Below, piece after piece: positions 39,812 through 49,605 of a stretch of 64,000 bases of DNA (position 1 is its first letter; each line of letters starts with the position of its first letter). Made by a program: the position numbers and the translations under genes. The notes beneath the pieces were generated by a model. That model made no database searches, was not told the DNA's origin, and saw only the letters and a list, made by a program, of their open reading frames with translations. The stretch covers positions 4,704,001-4,768,000 of the forward strand of contig OZ240245.1 of assembly GCA_965198175.1 (NCBI GenBank), given 5' to 3'. This DNA is from Candidatus Poribacteria bacterium. GTDB taxonomy: Bacteria; Poribacteria; WGA-4E; PCPOR2b.

Positions 39812-40594
39812 ATGATTGCGCTCATTCTTAGGGAGTTACGCTGCTACATCCATCAGCCCAAATATCGTCGTATTCAGTTCGTCATCTTGTGCCTGCTTGC
39901 GTTTACGCTTTTTGCAACTGCGTTTGAACTATTCGCGGCAAGCCAAACACAGCCGCAGACTCGCATGGGTGAAAGTGTATATGCAATATTGGTACTTGTT
40001 TTCTTCATCGCCATCATCGGTCTTGTTGTTCCTCTTCAGGCAATCGAGACACTTCAGACCGAACGACTGAACACCAACTGGGAATTACTCATAATCACCC
40101 CGCTGAGCACTTGGCGCATTCTGCTAGGAAAGATGATTGGGACAATCCTCCTGACGCTGTGGGTCGTTTGGCTCTCCGTTCCGCTATTTTGGCTTTCGGT
40201 TCACACAGGTGGTTTGGCGATTTGGGAACTTCTGCAATGCGCCCTCGTGTTTACCGCTGCATTCACCCTGTTCTTTTTGATCGGTGTTTGCCTGACCCTG
40301 TTCGGCTCCCCCATGACCGCAATTTCGCGGAGCTACGCCGTGGTATTATCGATTATTTTTGCACCGTTGATTATATCGCAGATGCCGGTTACCCCTTTCC
40401 CCTTTGGGGAGGTGCTGAGATTGTTAAGCCCCCTATGCGTCCTAATTGCCATTGTCAAATCTGAAACGCGCATTGCAATGGGCATCGCACCTATCTGGGT
40501 CTGGATGATAGGATGTTACACGTTACTGTCCGTTCTGCTGTTCTGGATTTCGAACCGACTAATCGCAAAGCAAGATTTCTATAGAGCCCTGTGA
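39812..40594 (+). CDS. ABC-2 type transporter permease
   Basis: MIALILRELR, ER...WELL.ITPLS..ILLGK, ~6 TM. Start placed at ATG 39812 (GGAGAG upstream; TGGTATAAT at 39766-39774) rather than 39644. Confidence 0.75.
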   Translation: MIALILRELRCYIHQPKYRRIQFVILCLLAFTLFATAFELFAASQTQPQTRMGESVYAILVLVFFIAIIGLVVPLQAIETLQTERLNTNWELLIITPLSTWRILLGKMIGTILLTLWVVWLSVPLFWLSVHTGGLAIWELLQCALVFTAAFTLFFLIGVCLTLFGSPMTAISRSYAVVLSIIFAPLIISQMPVTPFPFGEVLRLLSPLCVLIAIVKSETRIAMGIAPIWVWMIGCYTLLSVLLFWISNRLIAKQDFYRAL

Positions 40595-40624
40595 GTCTTG
40601 CCGGTGCGGCGAATCCAAAAATAG

Positions 40625-40640
40625 GGCAATTTTTGTGCCA
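40625..40640 (-). promoter_or_regulatory. Sigma54-like -24/-12 element, antisense to the permease gene
   Basis: TGGCAC-AAAAA-TTGCC. Confidence 0.4.
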
Positions 40641-40809
40641 AACACAATTTCGCTCGAAATTGCGTCAATGCACAACTCGTCAATCGTCTTTACCTTATAA
40701 ATACCCTCATTCCGTTCGTTTTTTGAACACCGATATTAACAGATTGTACGATGAGCTGAGAAGACAACTCTAGCAGTGCAATCAGAATTGGTATAACACG
40801 CTTGGTGTT

Positions 40810-42408
40810 TTACACCTCACCCGCCACACTTTCAATCAATGCGAGTGGCTGCGTAAAATCGGGTGCGCTCATAATCCCCATTGCGTCACGCACGTATTCT
40901 TTGCGTTTCATCCCGTTCAGCACAACAGAAACGCCTGGCGATGAAGTCACAAAATTCAACGCCTTTTGAGAAAGAGTGAGCATTTTCTCTCCATCTGAGA
41001 GATGTCCATCCAAGGCTTGCTGAATGGGTTCAACCTTCTCCGCATCCCCTCGATTAAAGATGGCCGTCAGAATCGCGAACAGCGCGTTGAGCACCTCTAC
41101 GTACTGTTGGAGTAACATCTCCCATTCGGCCTGAGCTCCATCTAAACAAGCGTGGGTGGTTTGCCGCAAGTAAGTGTTAATCTGGGGGATGAGATGCCCG
41201 TATAAGATTTGTTCCCAATGGTCTCGATTTTGGACATGTGGGAGAAGTTCAGGGAGTTGCTGGGCAACGTCATAAAAGAGGTTGAGATTCGCCTGATTAC
41301 GCACCGAATCGAAGATTCCCCAACTTTTCAACACACTTTGCAGTTTTGTTTCAGTTTGGCTGAACCGACGTTCTGCGATTGAAACCTCCGCGGGATAATC
41401 GAGGTTTGGATCGTAGTGATATTGCGCCAAACGGGTCATGCGATTATTCACAATTGCGTTGAGCGGACGATTCACGAGGACACCAATCCCGAGAGATTTA
41501 GCTCCTTCAAGCACCGTAACATTTTTTCGGTCAATCTCATTGTTTACCGTCGTCAATGCACCGTGTTCAAAGAGGTTATACGGGAGTTGAATCACTTTGA
41601 AGTGATTTGCCCGGCTATTTCCATGCACCGTTGCGCCCGCTTTGCAAGCAGCCTCATAGACACGGTAGAGCGAGGCATGTTCAAAGTCAGCTTTCGGCGA
41701 TGGGAAGGTGTTCGACGAAATGCCGTAGCAGCGAATCTTGCCGTTGAGAGTGAGCTGCTCCATTTGCACGAAGGCGCGATAGACGCGATTGTAAAACGTC
41801 TCTTGACTATCGTTGAAGTCAGTAAGATCTCTGCTGCGTTTTTGGGCGTCAGATAGAAAATACTCTGGGTTGTGCAGGAGATAAACATCAATTGTTTCAA
41901 GCCCCAACCGATTGGCGCTATGGTTCCACTGATCCATAAGGAAATCAGGGTGGATACAGTGCCAACAGCCTTCCATATACTTGACAACCTCCGCATAAGG
42001 CTGTCCTGTTTGTTCGCGTTGCATCGCTTCATCTAAATTCTTCCCCTGCATATAGCCGACTTTGGAGACGACAATAATTTCCTCCCGCCGAATTTTTTCA
42101 GCAGCGATGAGATCGCGGAGGACATCTCCAATCAATGTTTCACTGCCGCCATCAGTGTAGTTGCTCGAAGTATCAATCAGGTTACAACCTGCTTCGATTG
42201 CCTTCTTGAGCGTCGCAACATGTTCTTCGGATTGATTGTGAACGCGGTAGGAACCGTAGCCAACCTTAGACGTTATTAGATCTGTACCAGCGAGGGGTCG
42301 GTAAGCACTTGGCTCGAAGGATGGATATCGTGTTCGCATCCGGTCAGCGAACGTCAAGGTAGCTTTTGGGGTCGCATAGCCAGTGATTTTGGATTTCCTA
42401 GATGACAC
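40810..42408 (-). CDS. Aldo/keto reductase family protein (long form)
   Basis: GYGSYR, NLIDTSSNY.DG.SE, VSKVGY, LETIDVYLLHNPE, QLPYNL, VLNGMK. Confidence 0.85.
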   Translation of the reverse strand: MSSRKSKITGYATPKATLTFADRMRTRYPSFEPSAYRPLAGTDLITSKVGYGSYRVHNQSEEHVATLKKAIEAGCNLIDTSSNYTDGGSETLIGDVLRDLIAAEKIRREEIIVVSKVGYMQGKNLDEAMQREQTGQPYAEVVKYMEGCWHCIHPDFLMDQWNHSANRLGLETIDVYLLHNPEYFLSDAQKRSRDLTDFNDSQETFYNRVYRAFVQMEQLTLNGKIRCYGISSNTFPSPKADFEHASLYRVYEAACKAGATVHGNSRANHFKVIQLPYNLFEHGALTTVNNEIDRKNVTVLEGAKSLGIGVLVNRPLNAIVNNRMTRLAQYHYDPNLDYPAEVSIAERRFSQTETKLQSVLKSWGIFDSVRNQANLNLFYDVAQQLPELLPHVQNRDHWEQILYGHLIPQINTYLRQTTHACLDGAQAEWEMLLQQYVEVLNALFAILTAIFNRGDAEKVEPIQQALDGHLSDGEKMLTLSQKALNFVTSSPGVSVVLNGMKRKEYVRDAMGIMSAPDFTQPLALIESVAGEV

Positions 42409-42522
42409 TGATTCTCCTTCCGGTGTGAACTCAGGTATGGGGTAAAGAGCGTTGGGGTTTCATAAGTTGGCGAATTTCCAGTTATCGAACTCTTATGCAT
42501 TAGGCATCGCGTATCATACCTT

Positions 42523-43668
42523 CTACTCTTTTAAGCTGGAAATCGGCAACCAGATTCCGCCGGTGCATTTCGCTAACAATTTCTGAAAAGGTTCATTACG
42601 GCCGATGACATCTACACTAATCTCCGCCTGTTTCATTTTTTTCAATACTTCCTTTACTGAGTATGCCCCTTCAGAATATTCATCAGTCACTAAAATAAAG
42701 TGCCGCTCTGCCCCCTTACGAAACTTCACCTCGTTGACCGCGCGGACCAATGCATTCGATACTTTTTCATTACCTCGACAATGGATGTCGTCAAGCGCGT
42801 TTTTAATGTCTGAAATCGAAGTCGTTTGCGGTGTGACCTGAAAGGACCAACCCAACAGGGAAAAACCAGCCTGGTCCCGGAATGCCACAATTCCAACGGT
42901 GAAATCCAGATTTTCAGCATTGAGGAGACTGGCCATATGGTTGAGATGATCCCGCACCGCTTCAATGTCATCACGCATGCTCTGGCTTGCGTCAACGATG
43001 AAGACAATATCAATAGAATCACGATTCCGGTTCTGTAAATGGTGCTGAGCAATCTTAACAAGTGCAATATCGGACTGTGTAAAGCCACCGATATGCGGAT
43101 GGATGATTCGGCTTTCCATCTCAAGAGATTGTCCTGACTGAACCGGGTTACGACCGTAGGAATAAAGATTGCCTGATGCAATAAGCCCTCCGTGGGGTAC
43201 CGACTTGGAGGGGAACAGTGCTATTCCATTGACAAACTTAGAAGCAGCCGGCAATGGGACGTTTTTTTCGGCCAATATCAAAGGTGGTTTTTCATTCAAA
43301 ACATTGTGCTTAACAATTAATGTGACCGGTGGTAGGGTTGCGCCAATCGCCGTCGGGGAATTCATGGCTATCGGTGGTTGCGGTTGTGGGATGTTAGGAA
43401 TGGTCGGAAGATAAGGTACTCGCTCCAACGGCCGGGGGAGGGGTTCGCGAGAAATCGGAACGGTCTGAACTTGAATAAACAGTCTTTCCTCTAATTCTGG
43501 CATCCGCATTTGGATTACCACCCAAATTACCGTTAAGATGATGAGGTGAAAAACAATTGACAGCAGAAAGGCATTCCGTGATTGTTTGTCGCTGGAGCAT
43601 CGTTTAATCATTGACGCTGAACCCTTCAAACTCCGGGAAATCTTGGGAAGATATTTCATTTGCGCCAT
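42523..43668 (-). CDS. Membrane-anchored vWA domain protein
   Basis: N-terminal SIVFH TM, Pro-rich linker, DIVFIVDASQSM MIDAS, LVTDE. Confidence 0.8.
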   Translation of the reverse strand: MAQMKYLPKISRSLKGSASMIKRCSSDKQSRNAFLLSIVFHLIILTVIWVVIQMRMPELEERLFIQVQTVPISREPLPRPLERVPYLPTIPNIPQPQPPIAMNSPTAIGATLPPVTLIVKHNVLNEKPPLILAEKNVPLPAASKFVNGIALFPSKSVPHGGLIASGNLYSYGRNPVQSGQSLEMESRIIHPHIGGFTQSDIALVKIAQHHLQNRNRDSIDIVFIVDASQSMRDDIEAVRDHLNHMASLLNAENLDFTVGIVAFRDQAGFSLLGWSFQVTPQTTSISDIKNALDDIHCRGNEKVSNALVRAVNEVKFRKGAERHFILVTDEYSEGAYSVKEVLKKMKQAEISVDVIGRNEPFQKLLAKCTGGIWLPISSLKE

Positions 43669-43706
43669 GCTCGACTAGGGGTGCAAACCCTTTCCCCTTT
43701 TGTTCG

Positions 43707-44642
43707 TCAGTGATGGGACAAATTACATAGCAAGTTCCCTTTCTGAGCACAAGCAATGCGCTCAATCTGAATTGTCGTATGGAAGATACCGAATTGTGTT
43801 TGGAGTTCACGGTTGATTTGCTGTCGGAGCTCATATGCCGAATCTTCTGTGTGCTCATCCATAACGATATGTGCACTGAGTGCATAATAATTGGAACACA
43901 AAGACCAGATGTGCATATCGTGAACATCTTTAATCGGATAGATGCCGCAGATATGCGTGGCTACGGTTTGGGCGTCTGCGTGTTTCGGCGAACCTTCCAA
44001 CAAAATGTGAGTGGATTCCTTTGTGACCCGCCAAGCCCCAATGAGAATAACGAGAGCGATGATACAACTCAGAATTGGATCGACCACGTACCAGTTTGTC
44101 CAGTACATGAGCCCACCGCCAGCGATTACTGCGAAAGAGGAGAGTGTATCTCCGATGACATGAAGCATGGCACTCCGTACATTAAGGTTTCTACGCCCTT
44201 CCCCGTGAAAGAGCCATACAATGAGCAGATTGGCGATAAAGCCGATAAAAGCAACTACAAGCATCTCCAGACTTTCAACGGGCTCCGGTTGTCTAAATCG
44301 CTGCACGGCTTCATAAAGGATCCAACCCGAAATGGCAATTAGCGAGACGCCATTGATGAATGCAGCGAAGACCTCTGTGCGGTGATACCCATAGGTCCGG
44401 GAGTGCGTTGCAGGACGTGTTGACAGATAGATTGCTAGCCAGCTCATTGCCAACGCGAGTGCATCTGATAACATATGAGTTGCATCGCTTAATAACGCTA
44501 GGCTATTCGACAAAATCCCGCCAACAACTTCCACGAGGAATACGACACCGGTGAACAGAAGTGCGAATCGGAATTTGCTCTGAAGGCGATGTTGATGACC
44601 GTGGTTGTGTGCGTTCCCCTCCACAGATTGAGGTTGGTTCAT
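43707..44642 (-). CDS. Cation diffusion facilitator (CzcD/ZitB-like Zn/Co/Cd exporter)
   Basis: His-rich N-terminus, SLALLSDATHMLSD, TYGYHR.E, HVIGD, VHDMHIW. Confidence 0.92.
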   Translation of the reverse strand: MNQPQSVEGNAHNHGHQHRLQSKFRFALLFTGVVFLVEVVGGILSNSLALLSDATHMLSDALALAMSWLAIYLSTRPATHSRTYGYHRTEVFAAFINGVSLIAISGWILYEAVQRFRQPEPVESLEMLVVAFIGFIANLLIVWLFHGEGRRNLNVRSAMLHVIGDTLSSFAVIAGGGLMYWTNWYVVDPILSCIIALVILIGAWRVTKESTHILLEGSPKHADAQTVATHICGIYPIKDVHDMHIWSLCSNYYALSAHIVMDEHTEDSAYELRQQINRELQTQFGIFHTTIQIERIACAQKGNLLCNLSHH

Positions 44643-44767
44643 GCCTTACCCCTTGACCTTAAAAAAAACGGGAAATCAATGGATTGCTCAAGTTTTGAAC
44701 CAAAGGAAATTTCTCAAGAATCTAGGCAACCATCAAACTTTTTCGGACGGGTACTTATTATGCAGCC

Positions 44768-45097
44768 TCAAGCCTCATCTGAAGCACTTTTAGATGTGTC
44801 ACGGCTCTTAGTATCACTGCTTCTTGTATCGATGTTTTTGGTGTCGCTGCTCTTGGTGTCGTCACTGCTACTCGATGAAGTGTCTCGATCTTTCTTTTCA
44901 GCCTCTTTGTAGCTTCCATCCCGGTAATCTGTCGTGTAGAACCCCGAGCCCTTGAAAATCAATCCTGCTCCCGCACCAATCAACCGTTTGACTTTACCTT
45001 TGCATTCTGGGCAATCTTGAATTGCTTCTTCGGTCATGCTTTGAAAGCGTTCAAATCGGGTACCACAATCAAAACATTTGTATTCGTATGTCGGCAT
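44768..45097 (-). CDS. FmdB-family zinc-ribbon protein
   Basis: MPTYEYKC..CG..FE...CPEC.G...FKGSGFYTTDY with a Ser/Asp-rich tail. Confidence 0.9.
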   Translation of the reverse strand: MPTYEYKCFDCGTRFERFQSMTEEAIQDCPECKGKVKRLIGAGAGLIFKGSGFYTTDYRDGSYKEAEKKDRDTSSSSSDDTKSSDTKNIDTRSSDTKSRDTSKSASDEA

Positions 45098-45160
45098 ACG
45101 ATGAAATCCTCCCTCCGCTGCCTCTTCTGCGATTCCTGCACAATACAGGGAAGCCGGTAT

Positions 45161-45189
45161 ATTTTAACTGTCGATATATCGCATGTCAA
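45161..45189 (-). promoter_or_regulatory. Sigma70-type promoter upstream of the FmdB/CDF genes
   Basis: TTGACA-N17-TAAAAT on the minus strand. Confidence 0.55.
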
Positions 45190-45354
45190 GCAGATTTGCA
45201 AAAGGCGTACGCTATGTATACGAAGAAGCACTATCTGTGGCTTGGTGAAGTATAATTTATTGTAATGCTCGGAAGTGACATTTTTCCAGTTGTTCATCGT
45301 TTTGTTTCGTGTTACACTATTTTCCAAATTTTCAACGAAGGAGAAAAACTCATT

Positions 45355-46191
45355 ATGACCTATCCACTTGAAGATGAATTTGGAGATATCATCGGCAAAG
45401 CGAGACGTGGGCAAGGTTTGAGCATCGCTCAAATCGCTGACGACACTGGTCTCGCAGAGACACAATTGTCACAGATGGAAGACTGCACCCTAAAGCCGAC
45501 GGAAAATCACACTCGCCAAATCGCCCAGGCGCTAAATCTTGATGGCGCAAAATTGATTGACATTGCGATGGAACGCTGGGTGCCTGAACCTGTTCAACCG
45601 GGATATGACGATGCGCTGGAAGTAGTCACAGTCAGCGAAAAAGTTGGCGGTTATCCGGTTAACGCTTATATTTTGGTTTGCAAGGCGACCAATGAAGCTG
45701 CAATTATTGATACGGCTGCGCATCCCGACGTCATCCTCCAAAAGATTCAGGAAATCGGGGTCAAGCCAACGGTAATCTTGTTGACGCATGCCCACAGCGA
45801 TCACGCGGACGGTTTGCCATCAATTGAAAGTGAAACTGGTTGCCCAACTTATATTCACGCGGATGAGCCGAAACCTCAAAGTAGCCAACAACTCAGACCG
45901 CTGAAGCATGGCGCTGTAGTGAGCGTTGGCAATCTCACGGTAGAAACACTCGATACCCCCGGACACACGCCCGGCGGTTGCAGCTTTTACACGCGCTCCA
46001 CGGTGATTGTCGGTGACGCGATTTTTGCCGGTTCGGTGGGAGGTCCGAATATTTCGTATAGGGTAGAACTTTCAAGTGTTCAGAATCATCTGCTCTCGCT
46101 TCCCGATGATGTGAAGCTTTTCCCCGGACACGGACCTCCCACAACGGTTGGTGAAGAAAAAAAACATAATCCTTTCTTTGTAAACCAATAA
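45355..46191 (+). CDS. XRE-type HTH fused to MBL-fold hydrolase (glyoxalase II-like)
   Basis: GDIIGKARRGQGLS HTH; THAHSDH, PGHTPGG, GD, PGHGP.T. Start ATG 45355 after AAGGAG. Confidence 0.85.
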   Translation: MTYPLEDEFGDIIGKARRGQGLSIAQIADDTGLAETQLSQMEDCTLKPTENHTRQIAQALNLDGAKLIDIAMERWVPEPVQPGYDDALEVVTVSEKVGGYPVNAYILVCKATNEAAIIDTAAHPDVILQKIQEIGVKPTVILLTHAHSDHADGLPSIESETGCPTYIHADEPKPQSSQQLRPLKHGAVVSVGNLTVETLDTPGHTPGGCSFYTRSTVIVGDAIFAGSVGGPNISYRVELSSVQNHLLSLPDDVKLFPGHGPPTTVGEEKKHNPFFVNQ

Positions 46192-46230
46192 CCTTTGGTA
46201 GTAGCTTTGAATGATGGTGGTCATTAAACT

Positions 46231-46261
46231 CTAGGCTATGTCACATCCCGCCGTAGCCTAG
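46231..46261 (+). terminator. Hairpin after the MBL gene
   Basis: ctaggctatg...cgtagcctag stem. Confidence 0.35.
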
Positions 46262-46350
46262 CCCTTTGTGGGATATTGGTTTGGTGAGAACTATAGTACC
46301 ATTGGTAATCGTATGAGGGATGGTTTATTTTCCAAAAGAGGAGAACTCGA

Positions 46351-47985
46351 ATGAACGTTGCTGATGCTATCGCTCAAATTCTAAAGGTGGAAGGTGTGAA
46401 GTATCTGTTTGCCTATCCGGTCAACCCAATTATTGAAGCCGCAGCCAAGGTGGGAATTCGCCCAATCATCGTCCGCCAGGAACGAGTTGGTCTCCACATG
46501 GCTGATGGCTTCAGCCGTGTTACTTCCGGTGAACAGATTGGCGTATTCTGCATGCAAAGTGGGCCAGGATCGGAGAATGCTTTTGGCGGTGTAGCCCAAG
46601 CTTATGGGGATTCCGTCCCAATCGTCGTAATACCGATGGGCTACTCGCGTTCCCTGACTAACACACCCCCCAACTTTAACTCCTTCATCAACTACCGCCA
46701 CATCACCAAGTCCTGTGAACAGGTTACTTTGCCTCAAGTCGTACCGGAAGCTTTACGGCGAGCCTTTACCCAGGTGCGAAATGGGCGTCCGCGTCCAACA
46801 CTAGTAGAAATCCCTAGCGATGTGTTTCAGGAAGAGTTGTCCGAACCTATGCAATACCGTCCTGTGCCGATTTTGTGTTCTGGTCCAGATTTTCATATGA
46901 TACCTAAGATAGCCGGCACCTTGCTGGATGCGAATCATCCGGTAATCTACGCTGGTCAAGGTATCCATTACGCTAAAGGATGGGAAGCCTTACGAGCATT
47001 AGCGGAAATCTTGGAAGCGCCAGTGACCACCAGCCTTGCTGGCAAGAGCGCTTTTCCAGAAACCCATCCCTTGTCTCTGGGTTCTGGCGGGCGTTCCCTC
47101 CCAAAAACCGTGCATGATTTTCTGCACAACGCTGATGTAATTTTCGGCGTCGGATGCAGTTTCGCCAACACCAGTTATGGAGCTCGCCTGCCGGCGGACA
47201 AAACCATTATTCACGCTACACTGGACCCTGCAGATATTAACAAAGACGTGACCGTGGAACACGCCCTGGTCGGGGACGCCCGTCTGATTCTGGAAGCATT
47301 GGTTGCCGAAATCCGTGAGCGCTTGGGCGGTAAACCCCGTGGTCATTTCAATCGAGTAGCACAGGAGATTAATACCATCAAAGCAGAATGGCTGGCACAA
47401 TGGGACAACAAGCTCACCGCTAACGAAATACCACTTTCTCCCTATCGAGTAATCTGGGACCTGATGCACACCGTAGATGTGGCAAACACCATTATCACAC
47501 ATGACGCCGGAAGTCCACGCGACCAGCTTTCTCCCTTCTGGAAACCGGTCACCCCGCTTTCCTACATCGGCTGGGGCAAAACCACGCAATTGGGCTATGG
47601 TCTCGGACTAGCGATGGGCGCCAAGCTAGCCCGTCCAGATAAACTATGCATCAACGTTTGGGGCGATGCAGCCATTGGCTTCACAGGGATGGACTTCGAA
47701 ACCGCTGTCAGGGAACAGATTCCCATCCTTTCGCTTCTGTTCAATAACTTCTCAATGGCGATTGAATTGCCGGTGATGCCGGTTTCTACAGAGAAATTCC
47801 GCAGCACGGATATATCCGGACATTATGCAGATATGGCGAGGTCCTTCGGCGGTTATGGAGAGCGGGTGACTACCCCTGATGAAATCGTCCCCGCTATCAA
47901 ACGAGGAATTCAGAAAACAGAGGAAGGTGTGCCAGCCTTGCTAGAATTTATAACCGCCAAAGAAATAGAATTTTCCATTTTCTAA
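46351..47985 (+). CDS. ThDP-dependent enzyme (acetolactate synthase large subunit-like)
   Basis: RQER...MADGF, GPG, WGDAAIGF.GMDFETAVR...NN. Confidence 0.88.
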   Translation: MNVADAIAQILKVEGVKYLFAYPVNPIIEAAAKVGIRPIIVRQERVGLHMADGFSRVTSGEQIGVFCMQSGPGSENAFGGVAQAYGDSVPIVVIPMGYSRSLTNTPPNFNSFINYRHITKSCEQVTLPQVVPEALRRAFTQVRNGRPRPTLVEIPSDVFQEELSEPMQYRPVPILCSGPDFHMIPKIAGTLLDANHPVIYAGQGIHYAKGWEALRALAEILEAPVTTSLAGKSAFPETHPLSLGSGGRSLPKTVHDFLHNADVIFGVGCSFANTSYGARLPADKTIIHATLDPADINKDVTVEHALVGDARLILEALVAEIRERLGGKPRGHFNRVAQEINTIKAEWLAQWDNKLTANEIPLSPYRVIWDLMHTVDVANTIITHDAGSPRDQLSPFWKPVTPLSYIGWGKTTQLGYGLGLAMGAKLARPDKLCINVWGDAAIGFTGMDFETAVREQIPILSLLFNNFSMAIELPVMPVSTEKFRSTDISGHYADMARSFGGYGERVTTPDEIVPAIKRGIQKTEEGVPALLEFITAKEIEFSIF

Positions 47986-48136
47986 GCTGAATTATGATAC
48001 TCAAGTAGTCGCAAAATCTCACTCCGAAGCTTCTCTTCGGCTACACTCATACTTACCACTGGACAAAGTGAAGGAACGGACTTTGTAGCGATAAGACCGC
48101 AGCATATGACATCCTTTCCATGCTACTTGTCCAATA

Positions 48137-48766
48137 CTACCTTTTTAGCACTTGATTGATAACTCGCTCGATTGTATCATGGTCAAATCCGCGTCTCAGC
48201 AGAAAACCGTGCATCCGTCGTTTGGCTACATGTGGCAGAAGCGACTTGTAATGCACCACCTGTTTTCGTGCAAGTTGCAGTGCAATCCCAGCTTCGTCCG
48301 TATCATCAATCGCATTAAGGACACAATCCGCGGTAGTTTGGTCAATCCCCTTGCTGACCAACTCGTGCTTCAGTACCTTTTTTCCGCGTGGTTTTGAACG
48401 CTGACGGCGATCAACCCAACTCCGAGCATAATTTTCGCCCTTAATGAAGCCTAGCTGTTCCAGGTCCGCCAGCGTGGTGTCAATTGCTCTTTCGCTAAGC
48501 CCTTTTTTCCCGAGCAAATCGATTAACTGCTGCTTGCTGTGGATCTGATTTCTCAAGAGATTTATAGCTGAGTTCTTCGTCGTCGTCACTTCATCTGCTT
48601 CGATTAATTTTTGAAGTACCTCCGCCTCAATTTCCAGGCCGACTCGCAAACCGAGTTTCGTAATCAAACTTGAATCGACTACGCCAAACTGTTGGTTATT
48701 GAGAAAAAGGGTGCATCGATCGGGGCACTCTTCATCAATCTGGATATCGGTAATCTGCTTTTTCAT
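48137..48766 (-). CDS. recX: RecX family regulator
   Basis: L..LGFI...YA..WV..R...PRG...LK.EL..KGID, FLLRRGF. Confidence 0.82.
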   Translation of the reverse strand: MKKQITDIQIDEECPDRCTLFLNNQQFGVVDSSLITKLGLRVGLEIEAEVLQKLIEADEVTTTKNSAINLLRNQIHSKQQLIDLLGKKGLSERAIDTTLADLEQLGFIKGENYARSWVDRRQRSKPRGKKVLKHELVSKGIDQTTADCVLNAIDDTDEAGIALQLARKQVVHYKSLLPHVAKRRMHGFLLRRGFDHDTIERVINQVLKR

Positions 48767-49390
48767 TTATTCGCTCGGTGTGGCCGCCCAGCGTGCGCCG
48801 CGCTGTAGAAGTGTTCCGAACATCTCTTGACGACAGGCTTTGGCGTCATGCCCCAGAGCAAGGTAGAAGACGCGCCCTTCACCCCAGTTTTTGGTCCAAA
48901 CAACAGGCATTGTACTGCCCTTCCACAGCCCTGTGGCGAGTACATGAACGCGGGAATCGTAGTCTAAGATATACTGTTCGTCTGTGACCATGAACTCCTC
49001 AATGCCCACCGTGATTGGGTGCGTTGTATCCGAGATATTGACCTGATACTCCCGGTAATGGGGATGCATGACGAAATGTCCTCCAATCATCGCCCGGTAC
49101 TCCGGGCACTCTCTGAACGAATCGGCAGCAGGGTGAACACCTACGAAGCCTTTTCCTGAAGCGATGTGGTTTAACAACCCATTTTTCTGGACATCTGAGA
49201 TTTTGCCAAGAGTGTAATAGAAAACGATGAGATCATAGGCGGCTAACCGAGGAGCGGTCAGGACATCAAGATCCTCTTCGATTTTGGTAATTTCAAATTC
49301 ATCCCGCTGGGATAAAATATCAATAATTGCTTCACTACAACCATTCCAGTCATGGATAGCCCCGCCAGCAAACACAAGTGTTTTAATCAT
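48767..49390 (-). CDS. ThuA-like (trehalose utilisation) domain protein
   Basis: GG.IHDW, GKGFVGVH.A.D, GG.F..HP, HPIT, DEQY, WGEGRVFY..LGH. Confidence 0.85.
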   Translation of the reverse strand: MIKTLVFAGGAIHDWNGCSEAIIDILSQRDEFEITKIEEDLDVLTAPRLAAYDLIVFYYTLGKISDVQKNGLLNHIASGKGFVGVHPAADSFRECPEYRAMIGGHFVMHPHYREYQVNISDTTHPITVGIEEFMVTDEQYILDYDSRVHVLATGLWKGSTMPVVWTKNWGEGRVFYLALGHDAKACRQEMFGTLLQRGARWAATPSE

Positions 49391-49605
49391 CGTTGATCTC
49401 TCCTTACTACTAAATCGGACTTGAAAACGGTAGTTTGGTATTTCTGGCTGCGATTATATCATAAGTTTGGGGAGGACATCAAGTAACCTAGTCTGATTTG
49501 AACATTCGGAAATTGAGGACGAGAAAAGCAGAAAATGGGAAGAATAGGAAAAGAGGCGGCACACACGATGGCGGATAGAAAGGAAAAAAGGATGCTTTTT
49601 TACCC

